This document shows, one piece after another, positions 60,661-64,000 of a stretch of DNA of 64,000 nucleotides; within the stretch, counting starts at the first letter, position 1; each line of letters opens with the position of its first letter. The notes beneath the pieces were generated by a model. The model was not told where the DNA came from. It saw only the letters and a list, made by a program, of their open reading frames with translations, and made no database searches. The DNA comes from Auanema rhodensis (taxonomy: Eukaryota > Animalia > Nematoda), in the NCBI GenBank assembly GCA_964057225.1, contig OZ059895.1:19468001-19532000 (forward strand), written 5' to 3'. A program made the translations under genes and the position numbers.

Positions 60661-63600
60661 AAACCACATCTCTTTATCTTTCACGTGAAGCGAGTTACAT
60701 ACCAAGTGCACATCACGTGTACACTTAATTAGCATAAATTAAAGTTCACGTAAATTTCAAAGTCATGGTTACCATGCACCAATATCAATAAAAATTTGTT
60801 TTTAGACTAATATGGACATGGGGAATCTAATTTTGAAAACCACATCTCTTTATCTTTCACGTGAAGCGAGTTACATACCAAGTGCACATCACGTGTACAT
60901 TGAATTAGCATAAATTAAAGTTCACGTAAATTTCAAAGTCATGGTTACCATGCACCAATATCAATAAAAATTTGTTTCAAGACTAATATGGACATGAGAA
61001 ATCTAATTTTGAAAACCGCATCTCTTCATCTTTCACGTGAAGCGAGTTACATACCAAGTGCACATCACGTGTACATTGAATTAGCATAAATTAAAGTTCA
61101 CGTAAATTTCAAAGTCATGGTTACCATGCACCAATATCAATAAAAATTTGTTTTTAGACTAATATGGACATGGGGAATCTAATTTTGAAAACCGCATCTC
61201 TTTATCTTTCACGTGAAGCGAGTTACATACCAAGTGCACATCACGTGTACACTTAATTAGCATAAATTAAAGTTCGCGTAAATTTCAAAGTCATGGTTAC
61301 CATGCACCAATATCAATAAAAATTTGTTTTTAGACTAATATGGACATGGGGAATCTAATTTTGAAAACCGCATCTCTTTATCTCTCACGTGAAGCGAGTT
61401 ACATACCAAGTGCACATCACGTGTACATTTAATTAGCATAAATTAAAGTTCACGTAAATTTCAAAGTCATGGTTACCATGCACCAATATCAATAAAAATT
61501 TGTTTTTAGACTAATATGGACATGGGGAATCTAATTTTGAAAACCACATCTCTTTATCTTTCACGTGAAGCGAGTTACATACCAAGTGCACATCACGTGT
61601 ACACTTAATTAGCATAAATTAATGTTCACGTAAATTTCAAAGTCATGGTTACCATGCACCAATATCAATAAAAATTTGTTTTTAGACTAATATGGACATG
61701 GGGAATCTAATTTTGAAAACCGCATCTCTTTATCTCTCACGTGAAGCGAGTTACATACCAAGTGCACATCACGTGTACATTTAATTAGCATAAATTAAAG
61801 TTCACGTAAATTTCAAAGTCATGGTTACCATGCACCAATATCAATAAAAACTTGTTTTAAGACTAATATGGACATGAGAAATCTAATTTTGAAAACCGCA
61901 TCTCTTCATCTTTCACGTGAAGCGAGTTACATATCAAGTGCACATCACGTGTACACTTAATTAGCATAAATTAAAGTTCACGTAATTTTCAAAGTCATGG
62001 TTAACATGCACCAATATCAATAAAAATTTGTTTTTAGACTAATATGGACATGGGGAATCTAATTTTGAAAACCACATCTCTTTATCTTTCACGTGAAGCG
62101 AGTTACATACCAAGTGCACATCACGTGTACATTGAATTAGCATAAATTAAAGTTCACGTAAATTTCAAAGTCATGGTTACCATGCACCAATATCAATAAA
62201 AATTTGTTTTAAGACTAATATGGACATGAGAAATCTAATTTTGAAAACCGCATCTCTTCATCTTTCACGTGAAGCGAGTTACATACCAAGTGCACATCAC
62301 GTGTACATTGAATTAGCATAAATTAAAGTTCACGTAAATTTCAAAGTCATGGTTACCATGCACCAATATCAATAAAAATTTGTTTTTAGACTAATATGGA
62401 CATGGGGAATCTAATTTTGAAAACCGCATCTCTTTATCTTTCACGTGAAGCGAGTTACATACCAAGTGCACATCACGTGTACATTTAATTAGCATAAATT
62501 AAAGTTCACGTAAATTTCAAAGTCATGGTTACCATGCACCAATATCAATAAAAATTTGTTTTAAGACTAATATGGACATGAGAAATCTAATTTTGAAAAC
62601 CGCATCTCTTCATCTTTCATGTGAAGCGAGTTACATATCAAGTGCACATCACGTGTACACTTAATCAGCATAAATTAAAGTTCACGTAAATTTCAAAGTC
62701 ATGGTTAACATGCACCAATATCAATAAAAATTTGTTTTTAGACTAATATGGACATGGGGAATCTAATTTTGAAAACCACATCTCTTTATCTTTCACGTGA
62801 AGCGAGTTACATACCAAGTGCACATCACGTGTACATTGAATTAGCATAAATTAAAGTTCACGTAAATTTCAAAGTCATGGTTAACATGCACCAATATCAA
62901 TAAAAATTCGTTTTTAGACTAATATGGACATGGGGAATCTATTTTTGAAAACCGCATCTCTTCATCTTTCACGTGAAGCAAGTTACATACCAAGTGCACA
63001 TCACGTGTACACTTAATTAGCATAAATTAAAGTTCACGTAAATTTCGAAGTCATGGTTAACATGCACCAATATCAATAAAAATTTGTTTTTAGACTAATA
63101 TGGACATGGGGAATCTAATTTTGAAAACCGCATCTCTTTATCTTTCACGTGAAGCGAGTTACATACCAAGTGCACATCACGTGTACATTTAATCAGCATA
63201 AATTAAAGTTCACGTAAATTTCAAAGTCATGGTTAACATGCACCAATATCAATAAAAATTTGTTTTTAGACTAATATGGACATGAGAAATCTAATTTTGA
63301 AAACCGCATCTCTTCATCTTTCATGTGAAGCGAGTTACATATCAAGTGCACATCACGTGTACATTGAATTAGCATAAATTAAAGTTCACGTAAATTTCAA
63401 AGTCATGGTTAACATGCACCAATATCAATAAAAATTTGTTTTTAGACTAATATGGACATGGGGAATCTATTTTTGAAAACCGCATCTCTTCATCTTTCAC
63501 GTGAAGCGAGTTACATACCAAGTGCACATCACGTGTACACTTAATTAGCATAAATTAAAGTTCACGTAAATTTCGAAGTCATGGTTAACATGCACCAATA

Positions 63601-64000
63601 TCAATAAAAATTTGTTTTTAGACTAATATGGACATGGGGAATCTAATTTTGAAAACCGCATCTCTTTATCTTTCACGTGAAGCGAGTTACATACCAAGTG
63701 CACATCACGTGTACATTTAATTAGCATAAATTAAAGTTCACGTAAATTTCGAAGTCATGGTTAACATGCACCAATATCAATAAAAATTTGTTTTTAGACT
63801 AATATGGACATGGGGAATCTAATTTTGAAAACCGCATCTCTTTATCTTTCACGTGAAGCGAGTTACATACCAAGTGCACATCACGTGTACATTTAATCAG
63901 CATAAATTAAAGTTCACGTAAATTTCAAAGTCATGGTTAACATGCACCAATATCAATAAAAATTTGTTTTTAGACTAATATGGACATGAGAAATCTAATT

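Larger units (their letters stand above)
1..64000 (+). repeat. Tandem satellite DNA array, 176-bp monomer, about 364 copies, single orientation; array continues past both window edges
   Basis: AATTTTGAAAACC at 1 recurs at 177, 529 and 705 (ATTTTT variant at 353), and the last unit starts at 63997. 63996 bp = 364 x 176 minus 68 bp of small deletions. Monomers differ by only a few substitutions. No non-repeat sequence was seen. Confidence 0.99.
1..64000. other. Probable centromeric/pericentromeric heterochromatin of a eukaryote
   Basis: Inference from the 176-bp unit (same size class as alpha-satellite 171, Arabidopsis CEN178 and Brassica CentBr 176, but not the same sequence as I recall them), AT richness, high homogeneity and local block duplications. 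No functional evidence comes from the sequence itself. Confidence 0.6.

Noticed and set aside
1-64000. CRISPR array or other repeat-spacer system
   Set aside because: No unique spacers: the entire 176 bp is repeated, and there are no cas or other genes.
1-64000. Tandem RNA gene array (5S rRNA, tRNA, snRNA, spliced leader)
   Set aside because: No recognisable 5S, tRNA or snRNA sequence and no convincing Pol III internal promoter boxes. The T-runs alone are not sufficient.
1-64000. Assignment to known satellites of similar size (Brassica CentBr 176, Arabidopsis CEN178, primate alpha-satellite)
   Set aside because: Only the length is similar. The consensus does not resemble those sequences as I recall them, and a database search is needed.
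1-64000. Combinatorial variant patterns as an information code or programmed diversification system
   Set aside because: The patterns are explained by block duplication, recombination and conversion among a few ancestral monomer types. No associated machinery is present.
1-64000. Embedded transposon, inversion or telomeric repeat
   Set aside because: None seen. Monomer phase and orientation are continuous across the window.

Overview
The whole 64-kb window is one uninterrupted, head-to-tail satellite DNA array with a 176-bp monomer (about 32% GC, about 364 copies, all in one orientation). Consensus: AATTTTGAAAACCRCATCTCTTYATCTTTCACGTGAAGCGAGTTACATACCAAGTGCACATCACGTGTACAYTKAATTAGCATAAATTAAAGTTCACGTAAATTTCAAAGTCATGGTTAMCATGCACCAATATCAATAAAAATTTGTTTTTAGACTAATATGGACATGGGGAATCT. 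The nucleosome-sized unit, high homogeneity and lack of insertions suggest a eukaryotic centromeric or pericentromeric satellite. I cannot assign it to a named family or organism. I found no genes, RNA genes, mobile elements or CRISPR array. The five 60-aa ORFs are by-products of a single substitution that removes a stop codon. I found no protein-coding 'new system'. What is informative is the pattern of variants. Rare variants reveal nested in-register block duplications of 4 to 58 monomers with no fixed higher-order period, two short tracts that look like gene conversion, layered subfamily turnover along the array, and deletion-only indels. The monomer itself is rich in dyad symmetries and carries phased CACGTG/TCACGT motifs and a degenerate CENP-B-box-like 17-mer. 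Block boundaries were read by eye and are accurate to about one monomer.
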